Virus record (IMG/VR): IMGVR_UViG_3300030330_004490
Span: 1-30,342 of that record
Direction: 5' to 3' (one strand)
Source of the DNA: a virus
Lineage: Duplodnaviria > Caudoviricetes
Length of the DNA stretch: 30,342 bases
In this document: positions 8,845 to 18,227 of the stretch, piece after piece
Layout: every line of letters starts with the position of its first letter
Position numbering within the stretch: the first letter of the stretch is position 1
Program-made: the position numbers and the translations under genes
Notes under the pieces: model-generated
What the model was told of the DNA's origin: nothing
The model's database searches: none
The model's input: only the letters and a program-made list of their open reading frames with translations

Positions 8845-9055
8845 GAATTTGGTTCATTTGTACGACATAATAGGCCGCACATATGGCAAACTCCCCAGCG
8901 AGGTCGCCGATCTTCCGTGGTCGGATTTGATGATATGCTTTAAATGCGTACATGCTAGATCCGATCGTGTGAAAGAAATCCTCAGACGAGGCAAGAGAAA
9001 AAAGAATATGGTATTCCCAAACATTAGCCTCTTAGACATAGCGGATCTATTATGA
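8834..9055 (+). CDS. Tail assembly chaperone extension (gpT-like), probably made by frameshift
   Basis: YGKLPSEVADL motif typical of gpT segments; +1 frame overlap with gpG; no well-spaced RBS. Confidence 0.7.
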   Translation: MGDENLVHLYDIIGRTYGKLPSEVADLPWSDLMICFKCVHARSDRVKEILRRGKRKKNMVFPNISLLDIADLL

Positions 9056-11370
9056 GTACTACAGTCGAATACAAGATACTCGTTGAGGTTTTGAGTGCTG
9101 TCAAAGACCTAAAGAAGGTTACTCAAGAGACAAAGAAAACCGGCTCGGAACTAGACAAGACCAACAAGAGCGGACTGAGAATGGCGGCGGATCTTGGCTC
9201 CGCTTTCACCGGTTTAAAGAATGCGGCGAGCACGGTTGCAAATGCCTTTAAACAAATAGCAGGAACGGCATCAGCAGCCGCACAGGGAGCATTTGAACTA
9301 ACTCGATCAGTCGTTGATCAAATAAATGATCTGAATGATCTCTCTGTTGTGTCGGGCGTATCGGCGCAAAACATTGAAGCTTTAAAGCTTGCATTCGTGA
9401 GTTCTGGTCAGGCTGGATCTAACGCAAACATTGCCCTTAAGTCATTCCCTAGGGTACTTAATGAATTATCAAACAATAGCTCAAGGACATCAAAATTATT
9501 TAAGGCTTTAAAGATCTCTTTTAGAGATGCAAACGACCAACTTAAAGACGGCGATACAATATTTAAGAATACAATTCAGGCCTTGCAGGGCATTGAAGAT
9601 AAAACCTTGCGAGCACGAGCCGCACAGGAGATTTTTAAAAGAAGTGGTGCCGCTGTCGTTCAGGCTCTTGGGGCGGGCGCGTTCAATGAGATGGCAGATG
9701 CGGCCGATCGTCTTGGTACAAAGTTATCGCCGGACGCTAGCGAGAAGGCTGCTATTTTTCAGAAGAGGCTTGCTCTCATGGCCCTCATCACAACGCGGGT
9801 GAAACAGACCCTCGTTGAGGCGACTGGAGGTGTGGAGTTTTTTGATAGTGCTTTAGTCAATACGATTGCAGGCCTTAAAGCGTTTACTGTCGGAGTTAAG
9901 ACAGGATCAAGTGGTCTTGGTACGTTTGCGCGAGGTGTTATTAGATTTGCAAATGTGGCAATTGGCGCGCTAATAGATGCCGTTGTGAGGGCTAATTTCT
10001 TTTTGTTTGACTTGGTTCAAAGGGGCATAAATGGCTTTGTCGGTGGCTTAAACAGAGTATCAAAAGCCATAACAGGAAAAGCTCTTGTTGATATGAGTTC
10101 TTTCAAGAAAACACTTGGCGAATTTACTATTGAACAATTGGGTCTTACAGAGGCCGCCGCCAAAGTTCAAGAGGCTTTCAAGGGCGAGGTTAAAGCATTA
10201 AACGCTTCGACCGACGGAAAAGAAGCGGACAAAAAGTCTACAAGTACCCTCACCAGCGAGATGAAAGAGCTATCAAATGCTCTTGATTCTATTTTTAACA
10301 AGCAGGACAAGACCACCAAGGAAACCAAGAAAGGCACCAAGGCGACCAACGACGCCAAGAAAGCAGAGAAGGCGCGAGCGAGTGGCATGCGGGGTTTTGG
10401 TCGTGCTTTTGGATCTGCTTTAAAAGCTCAAACCGAAGCATTCAAACAAGCGGAAGAGATTAGCAAATCCGCAACGAGTGATATAATCTCAAACCTTCAA
10501 AAGATAAACGACTTAGAGTCTGAAAGACTATCGAATCTTTTAAAGATTGAAAAGACGACCGGAGTAAGTCAAGAGGCAATTCGTGAGCAGGTAAAAGCAC
10601 GAGCGCAAAGAGATCGTATTGTTGAAGGTGTCGGTGTTGGCACCCGCGCTGTCGGTGCTCTTGGGGATCCCTCCTCTCTTATTGATGTTGCGGGATCTTT
10701 GGCTGGTCCGATAGGATCGGCGGTTGCCGGTGCTGTTAATGCCCTTTCTGCTTTGGGTCAAAAAGACCCCGCCGAACTCAAGGCGGAGTTTGAGGCGACC
10801 TTTCAAGGTATCGCGAAGGGGCTTAATGTTGCGATTCCTCTAATTTTTGAGATGCTCCCGCCGATCTTATTTCAGGCCGCAGGGATGATCATTGACGCGA
10901 TTATACAGCTACCCTTTCAAATAATCGCAGGCATAGCAAGCGGATTCCGAGATGCCATAACAGGCCTTATCAAGTTCTTTGAGGGCGGATTCTTTGAGGG
11001 GCTCGGAAACTTCTTCTCAACTCTGTTTGAAAATCTTATGGGTCTAATCACATCTCCTTTTGAGGCGGCTTTTGGTGGTGGCTTTCTTGGTGGCGGTCGC
11101 ATGCTATCGGGTCAAGGTGGGCTGAGATTCACTGGAAAAGATCAGGGCCTGGCTCTTTTACATCCTGGGGAAACTGTCGTGCCCAGATCCGGACAGGTAT
11201 CATCAACGGTAGCGCAAGACATTCAAGCGCAAGCCGGCGGCGGTTCGATTGTCATAAACATAAACAGCGCAATAACAGAGAGATCTGCTATCGATGCTTT
11301 GGTGCGCAAAATAGAGGATCGCTTTGGCTCATTCGGCCAAAGTACATCGCCTCTGTTTGGGGGTCTATGA
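9052..11370 (+). CDS. Tape measure protein, 772 aa
   Basis: Long Ala/Gly-rich helical ORF; LNDLS..SGVSAQ, ALLHPGETVVP C-terminal motif; position. Confidence 0.92.
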   Translation: MSTTVEYKILVEVLSAVKDLKKVTQETKKTGSELDKTNKSGLRMAADLGSAFTGLKNAASTVANAFKQIAGTASAAAQGAFELTRSVVDQINDLNDLSVVSGVSAQNIEALKLAFVSSGQAGSNANIALKSFPRVLNELSNNSSRTSKLFKALKISFRDANDQLKDGDTIFKNTIQALQGIEDKTLRARAAQEIFKRSGAAVVQALGAGAFNEMADAADRLGTKLSPDASEKAAIFQKRLALMALITTRVKQTLVEATGGVEFFDSALVNTIAGLKAFTVGVKTGSSGLGTFARGVIRFANVAIGALIDAVVRANFFLFDLVQRGINGFVGGLNRVSKAITGKALVDMSSFKKTLGEFTIEQLGLTEAAAKVQEAFKGEVKALNASTDGKEADKKSTSTLTSEMKELSNALDSIFNKQDKTTKETKKGTKATNDAKKAEKARASGMRGFGRAFGSALKAQTEAFKQAEEISKSATSDIISNLQKINDLESERLSNLLKIEKTTGVSQEAIREQVKARAQRDRIVEGVGVGTRAVGALGDPSSLIDVAGSLAGPIGSAVAGAVNALSALGQKDPAELKAEFEATFQGIAKGLNVAIPLIFEMLPPILFQAAGMIIDAIIQLPFQIIAGIASGFRDAITGLIKFFEGGFFEGLGNFFSTLFENLMGLITSPFEAAFGGGFLGGGRMLSGQGGLRFTGKDQGLALLHPGETVVPRSGQVSSTVAQDIQAQAGGGSIVININSAITERSAIDALVRKIEDRFGSFGQSTSPLFGGL

Positions 11371-12269
11371 TGGGTAATGCAAAGTTTTGGTTTCATCCGC
11401 ATCCGGCCAAAAGTGCCAATAGTGGGCAACTTATAAGTATTGATATGGGCGAGGCTCTTGGCGAGCTTTCTAGCTCCATATTTCACGATGTTGTTGATGG
11501 GATCGGGTATAGCGGTGGAGTTCGTCGCAGCGTTGCGAGAGGCGGCGAGATTGTAACCATTCAGCGCGATAGAATGAGACTCTCCGAAGATTTGGCGCAT
11601 CAGTTCGACGCTCTCCAGAACCAACTTGATCGGGGCTTCTCGGTTTCGTTTTCTGCGGATGCGGATAAATGTTGGTCGGGATTTTGCGCAAGATCTCCAG
11701 AGCAGGGCGATCGAATTATCAGCGTAAACAGCGACACTTTTCGAAACATGACCGGAAACACCTACACGCCAGTAGGAGGCGATTATCTGGTCTTGGAAAC
11801 CGGATCGCCTAAATATGTTCGAGAAACCGTCAAGGTTCGAAGCAGTTCAACAACCGTCACAACGGGCGGATCGATTGATATAAATTATGGAGGCTATACC
11901 GATAAGGTTGTTTTTAGCTATGCAAATAGACCGGCTTTTTTGCGCTGGTATCGGTGGTGGCCGGTTCTAAAGCGGGCACAATCAGAGGTCGGCAAACCTA
12001 TAATTACAAATGAGGGCGGCCGTCTTTGGTCGCTCAATGTTACGCTTTTCGTTGATTATGCAACCCTCTTTGCAAACTACAACGGCGAGGAGTTCGGAGG
12101 AGATGAGACGCCTCTGATCGGCGACTCGAGCACAGAGGACAACAACACCGAAGGACAAAGAACGGTTGACGGTAACGGCCTCAAAACGTATGAGGACGAT
12201 GATGGTGGAAGCATGCAGGGCTTTGAAGTCGATGCGGAGTTCTCTGGCGATTTCAGAGAAATGCCATGA
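11367..12269 (+). CDS. Putative distal tail / tail tip protein
   Basis: ATGA-coupled to tape measure; position only. Confidence 0.55.
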   Translation: MMGNAKFWFHPHPAKSANSGQLISIDMGEALGELSSSIFHDVVDGIGYSGGVRRSVARGGEIVTIQRDRMRLSEDLAHQFDALQNQLDRGFSVSFSADADKCWSGFCARSPEQGDRIISVNSDTFRNMTGNTYTPVGGDYLVLETGSPKYVRETVKVRSSSTTVTTGGSIDINYGGYTDKVVFSYANRPAFLRWYRWWPVLKRAQSEVGKPIITNEGGRLWSLNVTLFVDYATLFANYNGEEFGGDETPLIGDSSTEDNNTEGQRTVDGNGLKTYEDDDGGSMQGFEVDAEFSGDFREMP

Positions 12270-13834
12270 CGTGGAGTAGTGGATTTGTCGATTCTCTCAG
12301 GCTTCCAAGCATAACGCCGATTTATCGTTTACAGTTCTGGAAGCCTCACCCGACGAGATCGGTCGGAAGCGCGCAATCTTGGGTAATCCGGTCCGATGAT
12401 AAGAGGCTACGCATATCAACCGGAGGCGTCAGAATTCAGGGAACGGCAGTTATTCCGTCAAGGTGGTCCGTTTCGTTTGGAGGGTTTGAGGTTTCACTGA
12501 CGGGCGATATATCTCGATTGGATCCGTACGTTATGCGCGGGTCTTTTGCGTTTATAGAATGCGCATTTGCAGGGAGAACCGGATTCGAAATAATCGCAAT
12601 GGGTCAGCTAATGCAAATATCTGGGACTCGTGGAAATTACACAATGGTATTTAGAGATCTCCTGAGTGCATTGCAATCAAGAAACGACAACCGGATCGGG
12701 ACGCTTCCAGATCTAATTAAATACCAAGAATTCTTTTTTAGCACATATAAAACCACTACAACAACGAGCGCATGGAATGTTGGAAGCGCAACGATGAACG
12801 TCAGCACCTCAACAATTTTTGAAAAAGCTCAGGGAAAAGACGGGACAATTTTCTGCACACCCTCAAGCGGTGGCGATCCGTTTTATCTTAATTGGTCATC
12901 AGCTCCCACAACAACAACTCTCACAATAAGCAGTCCCTCATCAGCTGCGCACCCCTCAACGACCTCCGCTTCTACGCTGCCGACTGGTTCAACAATACAA
13001 AATACGGTCCGTTTACCATTTCCTCCATACTCTCTTTTGGGGCAACTGCTAACGTCTACCGGAACAGGGACGAATGGACCGCGCGATAGCTTGCCGTTTG
13101 ACTGGTCGAGCGGTTTGCAACTTCCGGCGGCCCTATACGATGACGCAGATGCGCAGACGACAGCGGCATATCTTGACTCAAGGCCGACAGGTATATACTC
13201 ATGGGATCTCGTATACAAAGAGCCCTTAAGCAATGGCCTAAGAGGTATCATGGATCAGGTTTCAAAAACGGGACAGTGGCCGGTTTTCCGTCAAAACTCT
13301 TTTAGTTGGCGCGGATGCTATGATCCAACAGGTCGCAGATCTTCGACGCCGCAAGTCGTTCGGAAAATAACAGATTTTGACATCATATCGATCGATCAGC
13401 ATCTCATGTATGATCCTTCTTTGGCTGCGGTATATGGTAGATCAAGAATAAAGTATAGCTCGAGTGCGACATTTGGCGTCAGTACAAACCCAACAAACAC
13501 CCTACCTGCTGAGTTGCAAATTGAGCGGGATAATTCTGCAATATACGACCCTTCATTTGACGAAAGAAATATGGCTCAGGGCGATATTTCTAGGATGCGC
13601 GTTTGGGATATGTACCCGTGGCAGCGTTTGACGTTGAGATTAAATCTATCTTTTGCTGTTCTGGTTGCGGGTGATTTGGTTGAAATTACATCCGCATATA
13701 TTAGCGCGCCTGATTCGGATTTTAAGAAGACATTTAAAGGTCGAAGGGGTATGGTGCTCTCTTCCGAGTACAACATAAACGAGCAATTTTGTGTTATAGT
13801 TATAGGCATAACACCGCACAACGGGCCGATATAG
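12266..13834 (+). CDS. Putative tail tip hub protein
   Basis: 522 aa, Ser/Thr-rich insert, C-terminal LVAGDLVEIT OB-like motif; position. Confidence 0.6.
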   Translation: MTWSSGFVDSLRLPSITPIYRLQFWKPHPTRSVGSAQSWVIRSDDKRLRISTGGVRIQGTAVIPSRWSVSFGGFEVSLTGDISRLDPYVMRGSFAFIECAFAGRTGFEIIAMGQLMQISGTRGNYTMVFRDLLSALQSRNDNRIGTLPDLIKYQEFFFSTYKTTTTTSAWNVGSATMNVSTSTIFEKAQGKDGTIFCTPSSGGDPFYLNWSSAPTTTTLTISSPSSAAHPSTTSASTLPTGSTIQNTVRLPFPPYSLLGQLLTSTGTGTNGPRDSLPFDWSSGLQLPAALYDDADAQTTAAYLDSRPTGIYSWDLVYKEPLSNGLRGIMDQVSKTGQWPVFRQNSFSWRGCYDPTGRRSSTPQVVRKITDFDIISIDQHLMYDPSLAAVYGRSRIKYSSSATFGVSTNPTNTLPAELQIERDNSAIYDPSFDERNMAQGDISRMRVWDMYPWQRLTLRLNLSFAVLVAGDLVEITSAYISAPDSDFKKTFKGRRGMVLSSEYNINEQFCVIVIGITPHNGPI

Positions 13835-14437
13835 ATGGAGATAAAAACCTTTGATTTGGGCGATACGCCGCCACTTTTACGAAGATGTAAGGATCTGGGA
13901 TACGCTATTTTTTTAAAGCACAATTACGATCTCAACCTTGTCGCCTGTCGTTCTCCGTCTCGGGAGAGCGGAAAGTTTGACGATGTGTTTCACGTGATTT
14001 ATCGAATGGGAGATCGATATATACAAGAGAGCTACCCATGCACAACAGACGCGGGCCTGTACTGGATGCGCAACCCTTCTCGAGTTGAGGGCACAGCAAT
14101 CCTCGTTGCGGGACAGTATCGCAATGTATACAAACTTGATTTACACGCCGGAAAATACTTGGCTTTGTGTCAAAGAAATGGGCCGGTTCGTGTATATCGA
14201 GACAACAACAGAGATCACATTTTAGATCACGATCCTGAAACAATACAAGAGGGCTATTTTGGGATCAATATTCACAGAGCGGCAAGATCTTCCGTAGTGG
14301 AGGACGTGGGTAAATATTCGGCGGGTTGCATGGTGATCCAGGAGCCGGACGACTTCGATCGACTGATTGCCCTTGCAAAAAAACAACGCGACCAATTGGG
14401 ATTCCATACATTTAGTTTAACGTTACTAGAGGATTAA
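13835..14437 (+). CDS. Putative lysin with YkuD / L,D-transpeptidase-like catalytic motif
   Basis: GINIH-x12-SAGC His/Cys motif; directly upstream of a holin-like gene. Confidence 0.6.
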   Translation: MEIKTFDLGDTPPLLRRCKDLGYAIFLKHNYDLNLVACRSPSRESGKFDDVFHVIYRMGDRYIQESYPCTTDAGLYWMRNPSRVEGTAILVAGQYRNVYKLDLHAGKYLALCQRNGPVRVYRDNNRDHILDHDPETIQEGYFGINIHRAARSSVVEDVGKYSAGCMVIQEPDDFDRLIALAKKQRDQLGFHTFSLTLLED

Positions 14438-14438
14438 A

Positions 14439-14795
14439 ATGGACCCTTCAACAATGCACGAGGTTTGGTTGAATCTCGCAACCAACTCCCCTTTTTTGGC
14501 CTTTTTGGTTTATAATTGGTATCAAATGAGCAAGAGAAACGAAGAATATCGCCTTGAAATGAAAGCAGATCGCGACGAGTATGAACGCAAAAGAGAGGAT
14601 GGCATAGAGAAGATTCGACAGAGATATATGCAGGTCATCGAAGAGCTAAAGAGTGAGCGATCGAACGGTATCGAAGAGCGTCTTAATGGGCTAGAGAAGG
14701 GCATAAAGAAGCTCTTTCACTTGATTGATAAATTAAAAGAAGAGATCAACGAGCTTAAGCTTAAGGATAAGGTTAGGAATCTTCGTGATGTATGA
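14439..14795 (+). CDS. Putative holin (single TM plus coiled coil, BhlA-like layout)
   Basis: Hydrophobic VWLNLATNSPFLAFLVYNWY then charged coiled coil; RBS GAGG. Confidence 0.55.
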   Translation: MDPSTMHEVWLNLATNSPFLAFLVYNWYQMSKRNEEYRLEMKADRDEYERKREDGIEKIRQRYMQVIEELKSERSNGIEERLNGLEKGIKKLFHLIDKLKEEINELKLKDKVRNLRDV

Positions 14796-14807
14796 TATGC
14801 TTTTTTT

Positions 14808-14881
14808 GTGGCGGTAGCGTATCGCCACGGATGAGAATGTGTTTAGGGTCGTCTTGTTTTGAGGCGGCTCTTTTCGTTTTT
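14808..14881 (+). ncRNA. Candidate sRNA-2 (hairpin-linker-terminator); may double as late-operon terminator
   Basis: TGaTATGCT extended -10 (14793-14801); 9-bp 5' stem 14808-14828; 11-bp stem 14845-14871 plus U tract; shares TTAGGGTCGTC...GGCGGCYCT with sRNA-1. Confidence 0.5.
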
Positions 14882-14885
14882 GGTC

Positions 14886-14913
14886 AATAAAAAACCCCGC
14901 CGAATCAGCGGGG
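14886..14913 (-). terminator. Intrinsic terminator of minus-strand tail-fibre operon
   Basis: CCCCGC/GCGGGG stem followed by U6 on the minus strand, ~35 nt after the stop. Confidence 0.8.
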
Positions 14914-14946
14914 CAAAAACCCAAGGAGTGGTTTTTTATGGTTGGA

Positions 14947-16482
14947 TTAAGTGAAATACTTAATTACAACGGCGTCATTTTGTACAAGATTAGCACCAAA
15001 GGAGATGCGACCGACTGATCCTGCTCCATTATTGGCGATTTCATACTCTGTATTGTTTGACGCAGAACCGGATCCGGTTGCGGTACAGTTCAGAGCGGCC
15101 AGACCGTTAATGAAAACCTCTGCAGAACTGAAGAAGTTTGAATCAAGCGCACGCGCAAGATCCAAGGTGCTTGTAGTGCCGTTTGCAATCTGGAACGCTT
15201 CTTGATAGAATCGCGCGCCGATCTTGCTGGCGACAACCGCATTAGAGGCAATTTTTGCACTCTCGACGGCGTTGCTTTGGAGCATGCTCGCAGCAATACC
15301 GAGAGCCTTGACGTTGATGCTATCACCAGTGATTTGAATAGAGGCATCATCAACGGAAACCGCAAGAGCAGAGCCGCCGCCACCACTCAAGCCAGATCCG
15401 GCAACAGATGTGGCAATCTTGGACTCGTCGACGCTGTTTGATGCGAGTTTCGCAAGAGTGACCTGAGCCGATCCAATTTTGGCGGTTACGATTGAGTTTG
15501 CAGCGAGCGCGCTTGAATCGACAACGCCAGCGGCAAACATGCCGGAATCTCCGATCGCACCGTCTGCAATGGCTGCGCCGGTTACGCTGTTAGATCCGAG
15601 CTCGGAACTTGTGATTGTTCCGACTTTGAGGCCGTTGCTATCAAGGGCGAGCGTGCTGCCGTTGATCTTTGCCATGAGGGCCTTTGTGGACCCGTCAAGC
15701 ATGACACCGTTGCCGAGTTTAACCTGTAGCTCACCGCTTGAGAACTCAAGACCGGAAGAGCTGGAGAGATCAACGGCGATCTCATTTCCACTTTTAGCCA
15801 AACCATTTCCGGCGGTAACCTGAGAAAGTCCAGTAAATTGAGTCCAAACTTGGTTCGCGTTAAGGTCTGCAAGGGTTGCGGTTTGAACATATCCTTGATC
15901 TTGACTGGTTGCGCCGGCCTGAACGAATACCGCCGCACCACCTGAGAGCTCTTCGGCTGCGTTTGCATCCGAGGATCGTGTAAGAGCAGATCCAGCGGAG
16001 GAGAAGTCATAAATACCATTTTGAGATGCTGTAGACTGGTTTTTGACTAGAATTCTGTCATTTTCTGCAAGCGTGATGCCATCAATCGCAGAGGGTGCGC
16101 TTGAGATATCGATGTTTGCGGTGGTAGCGACTCGAACCGATTCCTTCCATCGAACGCCCTCGCTCACGCCGTCAACATAGCTTTTTGTAGCTACATCGCT
16201 GGAGTTTGTCGGGCTGGATGCTCTCAGCGTACCGCCGTTTGAAAAGTCGAACAACCCGTTAAGATTGATCTTTGCTGCGGTGATCACCGAATTAGCGAAC
16301 ATATCCGCATCACCGATCGCGCCGTCTGCGATAGCGGCGCCGGTTACACTATTGGCCGCAAGAGCCGAAGAAGTGACAACCGAGCTTGCAAAAAGGTTGC
16401 TATTGTCGATTGCTCCGGTCGCGAGTTGCGTACCGGAAATGCTGGCGGACTTTATCTGACCGCCTCTAATTTGAATTGACAT
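14947..16482 (-). CDS. Tail fibre / appendage protein, 511 aa
   Basis: DVATKSYVD, WKESVRVATTANI, DRILVKNQ...QNGIY, AGNGL and repeated VT.A.IA units typical of phage fibres. Confidence 0.8.
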   Translation of the reverse strand: MSIQIRGGQIKSASISGTQLATGAIDNSNLFASSVVTSSALAANSVTGAAIADGAIGDADMFANSVITAAKINLNGLFDFSNGGTLRASSPTNSSDVATKSYVDGVSEGVRWKESVRVATTANIDISSAPSAIDGITLAENDRILVKNQSTASQNGIYDFSSAGSALTRSSDANAAEELSGGAAVFVQAGATSQDQGYVQTATLADLNANQVWTQFTGLSQVTAGNGLAKSGNEIAVDLSSSSGLEFSSGELQVKLGNGVMLDGSTKALMAKINGSTLALDSNGLKVGTITSSELGSNSVTGAAIADGAIGDSGMFAAGVVDSSALAANSIVTAKIGSAQVTLAKLASNSVDESKIATSVAGSGLSGGGGSALAVSVDDASIQITGDSINVKALGIAASMLQSNAVESAKIASNAVVASKIGARFYQEAFQIANGTTSTLDLARALDSNFFSSAEVFINGLAALNCTATGSGSASNNTEYEIANNGAGSVGRISFGANLVQNDAVVIKYFT

Positions 16483-16508
16483 GTTGGATCTCCTGTATGT
16501 CTATTTGT

Positions 16509-16787
16509 TTATGATGGTGTGACCTCGTATCTAACTTCGAGCACGTCTCCCAATAGAGGCGCCGTCGGTAGCGTAAAACCATTCAATCCAACCTGTCCTA
16601 CTGTGTTTTGTCGTTGCCGCAATCCATTGAGATATACGATAATGGTATTTGCGTCGTAGTTTTGCGATGTTGCAAATTGGGTGCGGTTTCCGTCACAATT
16701 TGCCGTGAGATCCTCAAAGACAATTGTGATCGTGCTGCTCTCTTGACCCGTGCCGCCGGAGCGGTTGAATGCGTTTCCTATCGCCAT
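16509..16787 (-). CDS. Small fibre-associated beta-domain protein
   Basis: VYLNGLRQ...FTLPTAP..GDVLEVRY resembles the C-terminal domain of the adjacent fibre (VFING...NDAVVIKY). Confidence 0.65.
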   Translation of the reverse strand: MAIGNAFNRSGGTGQESSTITIVFEDLTANCDGNRTQFATSQNYDANTIIVYLNGLRQRQNTVGQVGLNGFTLPTAPLLGDVLEVRYEVTPS

Positions 16788-16794
16788 AACTACC

Positions 16795-17193
16795 CTAATA
16801 TCGGAATGTCAAACCGGCCGATACTATGTCAAGATTACCCGCATTTGTCTTGACATGCAAGTAGAGAATTTTATCATTTACGTCGCGAATAATTACATCA
16901 AGACGAATGAGTGCGGATCCCTTAGTGTCGTCGTTGAGCCCTGTTTGGATCGTTGTTTCCGTGGCCGTCAAAACAAAGTCATCGCCGAGAGGATCTCTTG
17001 ATATGCAGCACGTCACGGCACTCGCTCCCGATATGTTTTGACATTGAATCTCTAGCATTGACGCGAGAATATTGATCTGTGATCTTGCGAACAGATCCAT
17101 TTCAAGCGCGACCTTTTTGCTTAGGTCGTATCCGGTTGATATCGTGGTCGCGGTGTTCGTGTTGCTGAGTACGCTAAGATTTAAATTGGCCAT
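16795..17193 (-). CDS. Hypothetical protein, probably virion-associated
   Basis: 132-aa beta-rich ORF in the fibre block. Confidence 0.65.
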   Translation of the reverse strand: MANLNLSVLSNTNTATTISTGYDLSKKVALEMDLFARSQINILASMLEIQCQNISGASAVTCCISRDPLGDDFVLTATETTIQTGLNDDTKGSALIRLDVIIRDVNDKILYLHVKTNAGNLDIVSAGLTFRY

Positions 17194-17819
17194 GAAATAC
17201 CCCAGAACATCACGAAAGCCCCCAAGATCGACAGATATGGGTTGGTTACACCTCGTAATTTAGCATATAACACGATCATTTGTACTTTAAGCGCGGTTTT
17301 TATGCTGTTCGGGTATAGGAGACGGAAAAGAGCGACCGTCATGATCGCATCTGCTTCAGCGCGATGTTTTTGACGAGGCCAACCAAGGAGCGCGCCGATC
17401 GACTCAAGAGAGTAGGATTTCATGTCATAGGGTCCGAATGCGGCAATCGCGAGCGCGATGGTGTCGATCCCTCTGCGCATGATTTTGAGATCGGTGCGTC
17501 CCGTTGTTTTAAAAAGAGCGAGGATGAAACCACGGTCAAAGGCCCAATTGTGCGCAACGGGTGTGCAATCCTTCATAAACTCGGCGATCTTTGGGGCGGC
17601 TTCGTCGGGCGTGAGTGCTCCGGCCCATCTTGCCGGAGAGTATCCATTTATTTGAATCGCTTGGCCGTCGGCTCTCTCCGGATGTAGTGGGCGAATCTTG
17701 ATCACGAGCCTATCGATTTCTTTGAGGTTTCGATCAAGTTTGATTCCCGCAAAAGAAACGCACTCATGATAATAGGCCCTGAGGCCGGTTGTTTCGGTGT
17801 CTAAAACTACAAATTTCAT
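17181..17819 (-). CDS. DEDDh 3'-5' exonuclease (DnaQ-like) with hydrophobic C-terminal tail
   Basis: ExoI LDTETTGL, ExoII AHNWAFD, ExoIII HRAEAD. Confidence 0.93.
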   Translation of the reverse strand: MKFVVLDTETTGLRAYYHECVSFAGIKLDRNLKEIDRLVIKIRPLHPERADGQAIQINGYSPARWAGALTPDEAAPKIAEFMKDCTPVAHNWAFDRGFILALFKTTGRTDLKIMRRGIDTIALAIAAFGPYDMKSYSLESIGALLGWPRQKHRAEADAIMTVALFRLLYPNSIKTALKVQMIVLYAKLRGVTNPYLSILGAFVMFWGISWPI

Positions 17820-17846
17820 TTTTTTGTTCCTTTTTTAAAAATTAAT

Positions 17847-17937
17847 TGGACAGTCAAGAATGTATCCTATAAGGTGTTTATATCAAGTTAATAACTTACT
17901 TGATATAACAAAACAACCGGCCCGCCACTCCGGCGGG
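17847..17937. promoter_or_regulatory. Divergent control region: promoters, 11-bp inverted repeat, leader hairpin
   Basis: TGGACA-17-TAAGGT rightward; TTGATA-16-TACATT leftward; TTATATCAAGT(17878)/ACTTGATATAA(17898); CCCGCC/GGCGGG hairpin 17921-17937. Confidence 0.6.
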
Positions 17938-17958
17938 TCATCTTAAAGGAGCAAAACA

Positions 17959-18210
17959 ATGAAACTAGAGCACGAATTAAAACCGATAGCGGCCCTCTGT
18001 GTAGCTTACAGTAAATCAAAAGAAGACATAATTGATTTATGGAATAGCGGCGAGATACTGGTCTTTGACAAGGAAGGCTTGAGTGTCTACTATGACGAGG
18101 TCTTTGAGGGATACACGGCGGCAAGCATTGCCCGAATTAGATGCGACGATCTGAGGGCTGGCAAGCTTGTTGAGATAGACAATATATTCTTTTATTGTGA
18201 ATGGGTTTAA
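17959..18210 (+). CDS. Hypothetical protein, 83 aa
   Basis: AAAGGAGCA RBS 17945-17953. Confidence 0.75.
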   Translation: MKLEHELKPIAALCVAYSKSKEDIIDLWNSGEILVFDKEGLSVYYDEVFEGYTAASIARIRCDDLRAGKLVEIDNIFFYCEWV

Positions 18211-18227
18211 AACAAAGGAGCAAAACA

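Noticed and set aside
14733-14924. 63-aa minus-strand ORF
   Set aside because: Runs through terminator hairpins and overlaps the holin; no protein-like features
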